This document shows, in pieces, positions 1 through 9,935 of a DNA stretch of 64,000 nucleotides. The stretch's first letter is position 1. Every line of letters starts with the position of its first letter. The stretch lies in the sequence record ON529858.1; one strand, written 5' to 3'. The position numbers and the translations under genes were made by a program. The notes beneath the pieces are model-generated. The model had not been told where the DNA came from. It was given only the letters and a program-made list of their open reading frames with translations, and searched no databases.

Positions 1-39
1 CCCCGTCCGTCCAACCGAACCGAGAGTGGTGATCCCAAC

Positions 40-1878
40 ATGGTCGCAATCTTTGCCGACTCCAACCGCGCGCGTATGCGCTACATCAAGGAATCCGACG
101 TCGCCTGGGGTGTGACCCCCGCGTCGGGCCGTGCGCGCGAACTGCGCTTCACGTCGTCCTCCATCAACGCCCAGAAGAACACCACGGTTTCCGAGGAAAT
201 CCGTGCTGACCGCATGGTGTCGGAAAACGTCGAAGTCGGCGCGAACACGACCGGCGAAGTCGGCATCGAGTTCTCGGCCGGCTCGCACGACGACTTCATG
301 GAGTCGTTCATGTTCGGCGCCTGGACCCGTCCGATGACCTTCGACTCGATCGAAGGCCCGTCGCTCGAATGGGGCGCCGCCGACACCCTCTACGTCAAGG
401 GCAAGGACGTCACCGACCTGTTCGACGCCGGCAAGCGCATCCGCACCCACGGGTTCGGCCTGCCCGCCAACAACGACTATTTCGAGATCGACACGATCAC
501 CTTCAACGCCGGCTCGAACCGGACCGAGATCGTGGTCACCGTCGCCTCGGCTGAACTGGAACGCGGTTCGTCCTACACCGCCCTGTTCGACGCCAACGAC
601 GTCATCGTCCTGAAGAACGAAGACATCCGCGCGGGCACCGCCGGCGCCTCGACGTTCGACTCGAACGGCACGGACGCCTTCGCCGCCGCCATCGCCGCCG
701 GCCAACTGGTCGCCGGTCAAAAGGTCTGGGTCGAAGGCCTGGGCTACGGCGTCGGCACCGTCACGATCACCACCGCTCCGCCCGTCGCCGGCGCTCGCGT
801 CACCGTCTTCGACGGCGTCAAGACCGTGATCTTCCAGTGGGGCGGTTCCGCTCCGCAGAACGTCACGATCGTGCCGATCGGCGCGAACCTGACGGCCTCG
901 GCCGCCAACCTCGCCGCCGCGATCAACACCAAGCGCGTGCGTGGTCTGCTCAACGTCTCGGCCACGTCCGCCGTCGGCGCCGTGACCCTGAAGAACCTGA
1001 ACCGCATCGGCGGCTCGATCGCCGAAACCGTCGCCGACGCCAACGTCGCCGTCGTGACCTTCGCTGATGGCGACGCCACCCTGGGCGGCGTCTACACCAT
1101 CGAGTCCGCGACCGACGACGTCCTCACGGTCTCGCCGGCTCCGGCCACCAACGCCAACGCCGGCACGCTCGGCGTGACCATCAAGGGCTCCATGCTTCGG
1201 AACCCCGGCAACCCGGACGACATCGTCCCGCAGTCGTTCACGATCGAAACGGCTCAGGAAGACGTCGACCAGTTCTTCATCGCCGATGGTCTGCGCGTGG
1301 GCTCCTTCGCCTTCAACGTCGCCGCCAACTCGATCCTGACCGGCTCGTATTCGTTCCAGGGCCGGGCCACCACCCGCCAGGGTTCGACCAAGCTGGGTGA
1401 CGATCTCGCCTACACGACCCTGCCGACGACCGCCACGCCTGTCGCCAACGCGACCGTGAACGTCGGTCAGATCGTCATGAACGGCGAAGAACTGTCGACC
1501 GCCCTCCAGTCGATCACGCTGAACGGCAACAACAACCTGCGCGACCAGAACGCGGTTGGCTACAAGTTCCCCGCCGGCATCGGCGCGGGCCGCATGGAGA
1601 TCACCGGTTCGCTGGTGGCCTACTTCGCCAACGGCGACCTGTGGGACAAGTTCATCGAGCACCAGACGGTGTCGGTGGCCTTCCGCCTCCAGGACGTCAA
1701 GGGTCACCGCTACGAGTTCACGATCCCGGCCGCCAACTTCGGCACCGACACCGTGAACCCCGCCGGCGGCAACCAGGACATCATGGAGAACCTGGAGTTC
1801 ATGGCGAAGCGTGACCCGGTCACGGAATGCCAAATCCAGATCGACCGCTTCTCCTGCGTTCTGCCGACCACCGCCTAA
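40..1878 (+). CDS. Major tail tube protein with internal beta-rich (Ig-like) insertion
   Basis: 612-aa ORF with phage codon bias; N- and C-terminal parts resemble tail tube proteins (ELRFTSSSI...EEIRADRM; GRMEITGSLVAYF); lies directly upstream of the chaperone and tape measure genes. Confidence 0.8.
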   Translation: MVAIFADSNRARMRYIKESDVAWGVTPASGRARELRFTSSSINAQKNTTVSEEIRADRMVSENVEVGANTTGEVGIEFSAGSHDDFMESFMFGAWTRPMTFDSIEGPSLEWGAADTLYVKGKDVTDLFDAGKRIRTHGFGLPANNDYFEIDTITFNAGSNRTEIVVTVASAELERGSSYTALFDANDVIVLKNEDIRAGTAGASTFDSNGTDAFAAAIAAGQLVAGQKVWVEGLGYGVGTVTITTAPPVAGARVTVFDGVKTVIFQWGGSAPQNVTIVPIGANLTASAANLAAAINTKRVRGLLNVSATSAVGAVTLKNLNRIGGSIAETVADANVAVVTFADGDATLGGVYTIESATDDVLTVSPAPATNANAGTLGVTIKGSMLRNPGNPDDIVPQSFTIETAQEDVDQFFIADGLRVGSFAFNVAANSILTGSYSFQGRATTRQGSTKLGDDLAYTTLPTTATPVANATVNVGQIVMNGEELSTALQSITLNGNNNLRDQNAVGYKFPAGIGAGRMEITGSLVAYFANGDLWDKFIEHQTVSVAFRLQDVKGHRYEFTIPAANFGTDTVNPAGGNQDIMENLEFMAKRDPVTECQIQIDRFSCVLPTTA

Positions 1879-2079
1879 GCCTTCCCCGCCTGGGGGCGCG
1901 CCCCCAGGCACCTCTCCCGCTCCGGCGGGGGAGCCCCATTCGCCCGGCGGTCCCCTCCGCCCGGCGCATAAGACCACCCCGACTGCTTTGGGTTTTCCCA
2001 GAGTCTCACCGGTGAGCAGGACGCGCGAGGAGTCGGGGCCTCGCGCGTCCACCCACCCAAACCCCGAAAGAAAATCATC

Positions 2080-2496
2080 ATGAGCACCGACGCTCTCGAC
2101 CTGTTTGAACTGTTCTCCGCCGACAAGGAATCCGAAGAGGAAGGCCGCTGGGTCGACCTCAACGACGTCACCGGCTTCAAGATTCGTGCTTTCGGCGCCA
2201 AGCAGGTCATCGACCTGCGCGAGAAGCTGATGCGCCCCTACGCCAACCTCCAGCGCGCGAACCTGCCGATCCCGGCGGACAAGAACGAAGAGGTCGGTCT
2301 GCGGGTCATCGCCGGCGCCGTCCTGGCCGACTGGAAGGGTGTGAAGATCGACGGTGAACTCGTCGAATACACCCCCGAGAACGCCTACAAGCTGCTGAAG
2401 AGCCTGAACCGTCTGGCGAACTTCATCATCTCGGCGTCCATGGACAGCCAGAACTTCCGGGACGACCTGCGCACGGATGGCGCGGGAAACTCCTAA
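2080..2496 (+). CDS. Tail assembly chaperone (lambda gpG analogue)
   Basis: 138-aa ORF between tail tube and tape measure; ends at a GGGAAAC slippery heptamer. Confidence 0.75.
   Translation: MSTDALDLFELFSADKESEEEGRWVDLNDVTGFKIRAFGAKQVIDLREKLMRPYANLQRANLPIPADKNEEVGLRVIAGAVLADWKGVKIDGELVEYTPENAYKLLKSLNRLANFIISASMDSQNFRDDLRTDGAGNS
2484..2490 (+). other. Programmed -1 ribosomal frameshift site (G GGA AAC)
   Basis: X_XXY_YYZ heptamer in the 0 frame two codons before TAA; the -1 frame is open from 2490 into the 2538..2933 ORF. Confidence 0.72.
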
Positions 2497-2933
2497 AGGC
2501 TCTGGAACACACCCTCGCTAACTCCGGCGGCTCCAAGGTGGAGCAGGACCGGAGGGCTTGGTTGGAAAGCGTAAAGGCGGCCCAGGCCGGAGGTGATACC
2601 TCCGACCTGGACGCCGAACTCGACGAGGAACCGGACGACCCGGAGCCGGCCGGTAACCAGCCCTTCCCAGACTTGATGTGGGCCTGGGACGGCTTTTGGC
2701 GCCTCTCGAACAAGCGACCCCAGGGCTTCAACGGCCCTCTGCGCATCCCCCTTACCGAGATCGAGTCCTTCGCGCGTCTGAAGGGCTGGGATCACGAGAA
2801 GCGCAACGATTTTCTCTTCTACGTCGACAAGCTGGACGAGGCCTACATGGTCCACGTCGCAGCCGAGATCAAGAAGCAGGAAGACGCCACCAAGATCAAC
2901 GCCGGACAGCCGCCCCCGAAGGGACGGCGGTAG
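2490..2933 (+). CDS. Frameshift extension of the tail assembly chaperone (gpGT analogue)
   Basis: Open -1 frame LLKALEHTLANSGGSKVEQDRR... containing WDGFWRLSNKR...RIPLTEIESFARL, typical of gpT-like segments. Confidence 0.7.
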   Translation, partial: LLKALEHTLANSGGSKVEQDRRAWLESVKAAQAGGDTSDLDAELDEEPDDPEPAGNQPFPDLMWAWDGFWRLSNKRPQGFNGPLRIPLTEIESFARLKGWDHEKRNDFLFYVDKLDEAYMVHVAAEIKKQEDATKINAGQPPPKGRR

Positions 2934-2939
2934 GGGACC

Positions 2940-5900
2940 ATGACCGAACAAACCAGCTTCAAGATCGACTCCAAGGGGGCTCAGCGCGACCTAGACGCGC
3001 TGGCCTCCGCACTCGATCGCGCCGCCGGCGCCGCTGGTCGGATGGACCGGGACTTCGCCAAGGCGGCGCAGTCGGCCGACAAGAACCTCAAGACCGCGTC
3101 GCGCGCGATGGAGCGCTACGCCCAGATCGCGACCCTGCTGTCGCGCATCAAGTTCGCCGGCGACGGCGCAGGCCAGATCGCCAAGTTCGGTCAGGCCCTG
3201 GACTCGCTTGGCAAGGCTCGCTCGATCAAGCCTGAAACCATCAAGGGCTTCGTCAACCTCATCGACGTCGCCGCCCGCGCTCAGCGCATCGCCTTCAATC
3301 CCGCTTTCGGCAACTCGATCCGCGACATCGCCTCGGCGATGGACTCGCTCGGCCGCGCGCGCCCGCTGCGCGACGGGACCCTGAAGTCGTTCGTCCAACT
3401 CATCGACGTCACGTCCCGCGCCCAGCGCGTGCGGATCGACCCTGGCTTCGCCGCCGGGATGAAGAACATCGCCGGCGCCATGGACTTTGTCGGCCGCGCC
3501 CGCGCCATCCGCCCGCAGACCCTGAAGTCCTTCGTCGACTTCATCGAGATCGCGGCCCGCTCCCAGCGCCTGAAGTTCGACCCGTCCACGGCCCAGAGCC
3601 TGCGGGCGTTCGGCGCTGCCATCTCGCAACTGAAGCCGCCGGGCAAGGCCGCCATCGAACGTCTGGACAAGATGTTCGTCGTGCTGGCGAACGCCAAGAA
3701 GATTCCGAACGCCGCCGCGATCGCGCGTGACCTGGACATGGTCGCCGCCGCCGCCGGCCGCGCCTCCAACGCCCTCGGCGCCCTGCCCGCTCGTATGCGC
3801 AGCGCTGGCGGCGGTGGCGGCGGACGTGCGTTCCAAGAGACGGCCGCAGGCGCGAACGCCGCGACCAAGGGCTTCTCCAACTACGCCTCCGGCGCCGAGA
3901 AGGCCGGCAAGGGGACCTACACCCTGGGCGAGCGCCTGCGCGGTCTGAACCACCGGTTCTCGATCGCCTATCAGGCCGGCACCCTGTTCACCTCCATGTT
4001 CGCCTCCTTCACGCTGGGCGGGTTCATCAAGGGCATCTTCGATGCCTCGATCAACCTCGCGAAGCTGGAGAAGTCCATGACCTTCGCGACGCGCTCGACG
4101 GAGGCCGGTCACCAAGCGACCATGCGCTTCATCGGCGCCGCCCAGGAAATGGGTCTCAGCCTGAACTCGGTCTCCGAGTCGTTCGGCCGCTTCTCGATCT
4201 CGTCGGGCGCCGCCGGCATGTCGCAGGCTGAGTCGTCGGAAGTCTTCATGTCCGTCGCCCGCTCGCTGCAAGTCGTCGGCGCGTCCGCCCAGCAGACCGA
4301 ATACGCGATGTATGGTCTGACGCAGATGATTCAGAAGGGCAAGGTTTCGTCCGAAGAGTTCAACCGTCAGATCGGTGAACAAATCCCCGGTAACGCCACG
4401 GCCGGCGCCATGGCGATGTCCAAGATTCTCGGCCGCAAGGTCGAACTCGCCGAGTTCTTCGACATGATGCGCAAGGGGCAAATCATGTCGAAGGAGTTCT
4501 CGATCGAGTGGGCGCGCGCCCTGAACTCGATGTTCGCTCCCATGCAGGGGATGCTCCAGAACCGTCCTGACCTCGCCGTCAACCGCCTGAAGAACGCCTT
4601 CACGATCTTCCAGCAGGAGATCGGCAAGAACCGCTTCATGACCGAGATCGGCGTCCAACTGAACCGCCTCGCGGGTCTGTTCGGCAAGGTCGAGAACGGC
4701 GTCTTCAAGCTGCATGACCCGGTCCGGGAACTTGCCAAGCAACTCGGCCACAACCTCGCCAACGGCGTGCGTGTGATCGGTGACGCCCTGGTCTGGGCGT
4801 TCGAGAACATGGACAAGCTGATCCTGGCCGGCAAGGGCATGGCTGCTCTCCTGGTCGGCTCGACCTTCTTCTCCTGGGGCAAGAGCGCGATCGAGGCCGC
4901 CGGCAAGATCATGCTGATGGTCGGCGCCATGCGCGCCGCCAAGGTTGAAGCCGCCGCGACCGCCACGGCGAAGACGGTCCAGGCCGCCGCCACCACGCCC
5001 GGCATCGTCGGCGCGGGTGCGTCGACGGCTGACATCATCGCCCAACGCAACATGCGCGGCATCGCGCCCACGGCGGTCGGCGGCTCTGTGACCACCGCTC
5101 AGAAGTTCGCCTCGAACAACGAATACGGCGTCAACACCTTCGCTCGCCCGACCGGTCCCGACGGCAAGCCCGCCCAAGGCATGGGCGCACGTCAGTTCGG
5201 CCGCCGCGCCCTGTCGCCCGCGCTCGCCAATGCCGGCGCGGCTTCCGCTGCTGCCTCGGGCGCAGGCCAGATCGCATCCGCCGGCACCGCCGCTGCGGGC
5301 GCGGCTCCCAAGGTGAACATGCTGAGCGGCGCCATCCGTGGCCTGGGTCTGGCGTTCGGCGCCTTCTCGCTCCTGGCGATCGCCGCCGTCGCAACCCTGG
5401 CCGTCTTCTCGGACAAGCAGGTCGAAGTCGCCGGCAAGTCCGTCAAGGGCGGAGACATTATGATGGGCTCGCTCGACGTCGTCGGGAAGTCCTTCAAGGA
5501 TTGGGCCAAGACCACCGGCGACAGCATCACCGGCGTGTCGGGTTCGTTCGACTGGCTGGACAAGAACGCCGGCGAACTGATGGTCGGCCTGATGGCGGCT
5601 GTCATCACGATCGGCAAGACCTTCCTGACCGTCTTCACCTCGATCGGCAAGATCATCGGCACCGTCGTCGCCAACATGATCATCCCGGCGATGATGGGTA
5701 TCTCCAAGCTGGCGAAGGGCGACATCATCGGCGCCGCCGAGACCTTCCTGAAGGAATCCTTCACCGGCAACGCCAGCCGCATGATGGAAACCGCCCGCGA
5801 GATCGGTGGAGACTTCGTCGCCGCCGCCGACTACGAAGGCACCGCCACCTCGATTCGCACTGCCGCGATCGGGCGCGCCACCGACCGCAACGCCGCGAAC

Positions 5901-8900
5901 AACGCCAACGACCTCGACCAGCAACGTCAGACCGACGCAGCCCTGCGTCAGCAGGACATCGACGCCGCCAACATGCAGCGCGAAGCCGCCGCGCGTCAGA
6001 TCGACGCCGCGCGCCGGATGCAGGAAGCCATGTCGCCGCCGTCGTGGCAAGCCCTGCGCACGCGCATCGTGGCCCTGGCTACGGGCGAATACGCCGCCTC
6101 GAATCCTGTCCGTGCTCCCGGCTCGGCCGCCACCGCGACCGTTTCGCCCACGGGCGCCACCGCCGGCAACACCCCTGCGGGTGCGACGGCTGCGCGCCCC
6201 ACCGGCGGCAACTCCGTCGAGATGGCGCGCAGCACGATCGCTCGGTTTGAAGGCTTCAGAAACACCGCCTATTGGGACGTCAACGCCCTGCGCGCAGGCT
6301 ATGGCTCGGACACCACCACCGACGCCGCGACCGGCCGCGTCTCGCGCATCACCCGTGGCTCCAACGTCAGCCGCGCCGACGCCGACGCCGACCTGAGCCG
6401 CCGCATCACCACCGAGTTCATGCCCGTCGCTCAGCGCGCGGTCGGAGCCGCCTGGGCGAACCTGGACGCGGCGACGCAAGCCGCCCTGACCTCGGTCACC
6501 TACAACTACGGCAACCTGCCCGGTCGCGTCGCCCGCGTCGTGCGCGCCGGCGGAACCACGGCTGAGATCGCCGATGCGGTCCAGGGCCTGGGCTCGGACA
6601 ACAACGGCGTCAACCGTCGCCGTCGTGCGGCGGAAGCCGGCATGATCCGCTCGGGCACCGGCATCGCAGCCGGCGGCGGGTCGGGAAACCCCGGCTCTGA
6701 CGACGACGTCCAGAAGCAATACGAGCAGGCCATGAACGACTACAAGTCGTTGCAGTCCTTCTCGGCCCAGAGCGGTCCCATGGGTGCTGCTCTGGCCTCC
6801 ATTGCGTCCAAGCTGGAGCCCCTGCGCGACATCATCGAACGCGACGAATCCCGTGTCGCCGGCGGCGCTCAGTCCCTCTTCACGCCTGAAATGGTGGCGC
6901 AGATGGACAGCGCCATGGCTGGCCTCATCAAGGAACTCGCCGACGCCGTCAACCCGTTCGCGGCCCTGGTTCGTAAGATGAACCAGTCCAACGATGTGAC
7001 GGCCATGACGCTTGCCGGCGGAAACGAGTCGAGCGTCGCTTGGCGTCAAGCCCTGAACGACCTGAAGGACCAAGGTTACGACCTGGAAGCCATGGAGGAC
7101 CCCACGGTCCTGCAATCGGCTCTGAACGATCTGCTCGGTGAAGAGCACTCCCTGCGGGTTCAAAATCTGGCCGACGCTCAGGTCGAGTTCGAACTGGCGC
7201 GCCTGCGCGGCAAGAACCTGCAAGCCGAAGTCGACCTGCTGCAAACGCGCAACGCCCTGACCGTCCAGAACATCGTCGACACGGGCTCGCGTCGCGAAGG
7301 CATCTTCGCGAACCTCGTGAACGCTTCGTCCGACGTCGGCTCCTATGAAGACAAGCTGATGGGTCTGACGGCTCAGCAGCGCGCCTCCATGGGCGCCAAC
7401 GCCGCCCTGCAAGACAGCGCCGCCGCGACCGCCGCTGCGCGCGACATCCGCGTGCAACTGTCGGAAATGCTCTCCAACGAGCACCTGACTCAGGCCCAGC
7501 GCAGCTTCCGCGAAACCTACAAGCAGGCCCTGGAGCAACTGACCGGACTGTCCGGCCGGACCCTGGGTCAACTGACCTCGCAAGCGACCGATTCGCAACG
7601 CGCCCTGGCTGACCAATACGCGAAGACCATCGAGCGCCTTGAAAACCCGCCGGGCTTCCAGGCCTGGGTCGACGGCCTGGAGCCGTTCGCCCGTCGCATG
7701 GAGAAGATCAAGACCGACTTCATGGACAACCTGTCCGACGGCATCACCGACTCGCTCATGGGTGAAGAAGTCGACTGGAAGGGTATGCTGAAGAGCATGA
7801 CCCGCGACTACCTGAAGGCTCAGGTCGATGAGCAACTGAAGGGCATCATGGGCTGGTTCGGCATCGGCAAGGGCGCTGAAGAAGCCGCAACGCCGGAGGC
7901 TCAAGCCCTGGTCGACGCCGGGACCAACCTGTCGCAAGTTGCAACGGCTCAAATCACGCCGGCTGCAACTGAACTGTCCACGGCCGGCACGGGCCTGCAA
8001 ACCGCCGCGACGGCGCTGAACGGCGCCGCCCAGGCGATCTCGGTTGCTGCGTCTTCGCAGGGCTCGATCGCGAATACCGCCATCTCCGCCATCTCGTCGG
8101 CGGCGACCGGCTCCATGGACACGCCTCTGGACCTGAACTCGCTGATGGACGGCACGCCTGAGAGCGCGGCTCGCCAGAACGCCATCACCAAGTCGCTGAA
8201 CTCGTCGTCGGCCGGCGTCACGCCGGCCAATGACAACATCCTGAGCGACATGCTCCAAGACATCGGAACGACGTCGTCGAAGAACCCGATGACGGAAGAC
8301 CAGATCACCCGGACCCTGCTGGCGTTCCAGAATGCGCCCTCCACTGAGCAGTTCGACTTCGGCGCGATGCTGTCGAAGATCATGGGCGGCACCGTTTCGG
8401 CTGAGGACAATAACGCCCTGCTGGCCGGCGACGTTAGTTCGCTCGCGGGCACGATCCTCAACCCCGGCGGTGGCGGCGGCCCGCTGCAAGCCCTCATGGG
8501 AATGTTCGGCATGGGCGGCGGCGGCGGCGGCCCGATGCAAGCCCTGATGGGAATGTTCGGCATGGGCGGCGGCGGCGGCGGCGGCGGCCCGATGCAAGCC
8601 ATCATGGGAATGTTCGGCGGCGGCGGCGGCGGTGCAGGCGGCCCCGGCCAAATGCTGTCGTCGCTGTTCGGCGGCGGCTCGGCGGGCAAGGGCGGCGGCC
8701 CGATGCAGATGCTGATGACGCTGGCGTCGCCTATTCTCGGCCAGTTCCTGAACAAGAAGAAGGAGCCCAAGACCGTCCGCGAACTGAATGTCGGCGGTCT
8801 GCTCAACCCCATGGGCGGCGTGACCACCGAGTTCACCGAGGTCGCAGCCCACGCCAACCCGATCGCTCAGATCGCCAACATGGCGCTCAGCGCCTTCACG

Positions 8901-9344
8901 GGCGGCTTCGGCAAGGGCGGCGGCATGTCGTTCGGCAAGACCATGGGGAACATGGGTTCGTCGATGTCGGGCAACTTCGGCAAGATCGGCAAGCTGTTCG
9001 GCGGCTTCCAGGAAGGCGGCATCGCGGGTTCGCCCGTCACCTTCCACTCGGCGGCGAACGTCGACTGGTCCACCGCGCCCCACTACGCAGAGGGCACGGC
9101 GAACACGTCGGGCGGAATGCCGGCGATCCTGCACCCCGAGGAAGCGGTGATCCCGCTGTCGCGCGGTCGCAAGATCGGCGTCGAAATGAAGGGCGGCTCG
9201 ACGGGCGGCATGACGAACGTGAACTCGAACATCACGATCGTCGCCCAGGACCCGAACGCCTTCCGTGCGTCGAAGGCCTCGATCGCTCGCAACCAAGCCC
9301 GCACGCTGAAGCGCGCGGCGGTCCGGAACCTCAACCCGCTCTAG
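2940..9344 (+). CDS. Tape measure protein with embedded lysozyme-like domain
   Basis: 2134-aa Ala/Gly-rich ORF; tape-measure motif GLTQMIQKGKVSSEEFNRQIGEQIPG; lysozyme-like segment IARFEGFRNTAYWD...AALTSVTYNYG; C-terminal PAILHPEEAVIPL. Confidence 0.9.
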   Translation: MTEQTSFKIDSKGAQRDLDALASALDRAAGAAGRMDRDFAKAAQSADKNLKTASRAMERYAQIATLLSRIKFAGDGAGQIAKFGQALDSLGKARSIKPETIKGFVNLIDVAARAQRIAFNPAFGNSIRDIASAMDSLGRARPLRDGTLKSFVQLIDVTSRAQRVRIDPGFAAGMKNIAGAMDFVGRARAIRPQTLKSFVDFIEIAARSQRLKFDPSTAQSLRAFGAAISQLKPPGKAAIERLDKMFVVLANAKKIPNAAAIARDLDMVAAAAGRASNALGALPARMRSAGGGGGGRAFQETAAGANAATKGFSNYASGAEKAGKGTYTLGERLRGLNHRFSIAYQAGTLFTSMFASFTLGGFIKGIFDASINLAKLEKSMTFATRSTEAGHQATMRFIGAAQEMGLSLNSVSESFGRFSISSGAAGMSQAESSEVFMSVARSLQVVGASAQQTEYAMYGLTQMIQKGKVSSEEFNRQIGEQIPGNATAGAMAMSKILGRKVELAEFFDMMRKGQIMSKEFSIEWARALNSMFAPMQGMLQNRPDLAVNRLKNAFTIFQQEIGKNRFMTEIGVQLNRLAGLFGKVENGVFKLHDPVRELAKQLGHNLANGVRVIGDALVWAFENMDKLILAGKGMAALLVGSTFFSWGKSAIEAAGKIMLMVGAMRAAKVEAAATATAKTVQAAATTPGIVGAGASTADIIAQRNMRGIAPTAVGGSVTTAQKFASNNEYGVNTFARPTGPDGKPAQGMGARQFGRRALSPALANAGAASAAASGAGQIASAGTAAAGAAPKVNMLSGAIRGLGLAFGAFSLLAIAAVATLAVFSDKQVEVAGKSVKGGDIMMGSLDVVGKSFKDWAKTTGDSITGVSGSFDWLDKNAGELMVGLMAAVITIGKTFLTVFTSIGKIIGTVVANMIIPAMMGISKLAKGDIIGAAETFLKESFTGNASRMMETAREIGGDFVAAADYEGTATSIRTAAIGRATDRNAANNANDLDQQRQTDAALRQQDIDAANMQREAAARQIDAARRMQEAMSPPSWQALRTRIVALATGEYAASNPVRAPGSAATATVSPTGATAGNTPAGATAARPTGGNSVEMARSTIARFEGFRNTAYWDVNALRAGYGSDTTTDAATGRVSRITRGSNVSRADADADLSRRITTEFMPVAQRAVGAAWANLDAATQAALTSVTYNYGNLPGRVARVVRAGGTTAEIADAVQGLGSDNNGVNRRRRAAEAGMIRSGTGIAAGGGSGNPGSDDDVQKQYEQAMNDYKSLQSFSAQSGPMGAALASIASKLEPLRDIIERDESRVAGGAQSLFTPEMVAQMDSAMAGLIKELADAVNPFAALVRKMNQSNDVTAMTLAGGNESSVAWRQALNDLKDQGYDLEAMEDPTVLQSALNDLLGEEHSLRVQNLADAQVEFELARLRGKNLQAEVDLLQTRNALTVQNIVDTGSRREGIFANLVNASSDVGSYEDKLMGLTAQQRASMGANAALQDSAAATAAARDIRVQLSEMLSNEHLTQAQRSFRETYKQALEQLTGLSGRTLGQLTSQATDSQRALADQYAKTIERLENPPGFQAWVDGLEPFARRMEKIKTDFMDNLSDGITDSLMGEEVDWKGMLKSMTRDYLKAQVDEQLKGIMGWFGIGKGAEEAATPEAQALVDAGTNLSQVATAQITPAATELSTAGTGLQTAATALNGAAQAISVAASSQGSIANTAISAISSAATGSMDTPLDLNSLMDGTPESAARQNAITKSLNSSSAGVTPANDNILSDMLQDIGTTSSKNPMTEDQITRTLLAFQNAPSTEQFDFGAMLSKIMGGTVSAEDNNALLAGDVSSLAGTILNPGGGGGPLQALMGMFGMGGGGGGPMQALMGMFGMGGGGGGGGPMQAIMGMFGGGGGGAGGPGQMLSSLFGGGSAGKGGGPMQMLMTLASPILGQFLNKKKEPKTVRELNVGGLLNPMGGVTTEFTEVAAHANPIAQIANMALSAFTGGFGKGGGMSFGKTMGNMGSSMSGNFGKIGKLFGGFQEGGIAGSPVTFHSAANVDWSTAPHYAEGTANTSGGMPAILHPEEAVIPLSRGRKIGVEMKGGSTGGMTNVNSNITIVAQDPNAFRASKASIARNQARTLKRAAVRNLNPL
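8466..8720 (+). repeat. Gly/Met-rich tandem peptide repeats (GGGGP-M/L-QA-L/I-MGMFG) in the tape measure
   Basis: Three near-identical DNA units plus two degenerate ones. Confidence 0.9.
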
Positions 9345-9787
9345 TAGCCGGGCGAGCCTGGGCCGTCGTCGCGGGCGAGCAGGATGTAGTTGCTGCGATC
9401 GCAGCCGGCGGCGCGCCAGTCCCTGATCTCCTGGGGCTGGGTGCTTCTGATCTGGGGTTCGATCAACAGGTCAGGCGCCGAGCGCATGATGAAGGACACC
9501 CACGGTCCGTTGTTGTATTTCACCGTGCCGCAGTAGGTCGTGCCGGCGCCGGGGCGAGTGAACAGGGCGACGTCGCGCACCTCGGTCGCGGCGCCCGTCA
9601 CATGGCTCAGGTCGCGTTCCATGTTGTCCAACAGGACATCGGCGCGCTGATCCCGGATTTCGCCAGACGAGTAGCCCAGCGGCCCACCCAGGTAGGTCTC
9701 CCTCGCCTGGGAGTTGGCGGCGTCGGCGCAGGCGGTCACGGCGATCGCGAGGCTGGCGACTGCGAGAAGTCTCGTGGTGCGGTTCAT
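9341..9787 (-). CDS. Lipoprotein encoded antisense within the tail operon
   Basis: Signal peptide and lipobox MNRTTRLLAVASLAIAVTA-C; RBS GAAGGAG; stop codon overlaps the tape measure stop. Confidence 0.72.
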   Translation of the reverse strand: MNRTTRLLAVASLAIAVTACADAANSQARETYLGGPLGYSSGEIRDQRADVLLDNMERDLSHVTGAATEVRDVALFTRPGAGTTYCGTVKYNNGPWVSFIMRSAPDLLIEPQIRSTQPQEIRDWRAAGCDRSNYILLARDDGPGSPGY

Positions 9788-9826
9788 GGGGGCTCCTTCC
9801 GTTAAGGGGTTGTCAATACTCTCACG

Positions 9827-9855
9827 CCAATACGATCCCTTTTTCTCCCTGTCAA
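9827..9855 (-). promoter_or_regulatory. Putative sigma70 promoter of the lipoprotein gene
   Basis: TTGACA-N17-TATTGG on the minus strand. Confidence 0.5.
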
Positions 9856-9861
9856 CTCTTT

Positions 9862-9887
9862 TGACGTTGAACGTCGTCGATCTTGAC
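9862..9887 (+). promoter_or_regulatory. Phage operator/promoter motif copy
   Basis: TGACG-TTGAA-CGTCG-TCGATC-TTGAC upstream of the DUF2460 gene. Confidence 0.7.
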
Positions 9888-9935
9888 GTTAACCACGATC
9901 TCTGTCATCCAAGGACCTCCCCAGCCGGACCCCTA

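Noticed and set aside
2991-9296. 2101-aa minus-strand ORF, and similar long antisense ORFs (9933..12431, 29762..32560, 39929..42064, 61244..63634)
   Set aside because: Shadow frames produced by strong GC3 bias of the real gene on the opposite strand; no recognisable motifs
9714-9935. Upstream extension of the DUF2460 ORF
   Set aside because: Overlaps the antisense lipoprotein gene and two promoters; homology begins at ATG 9936
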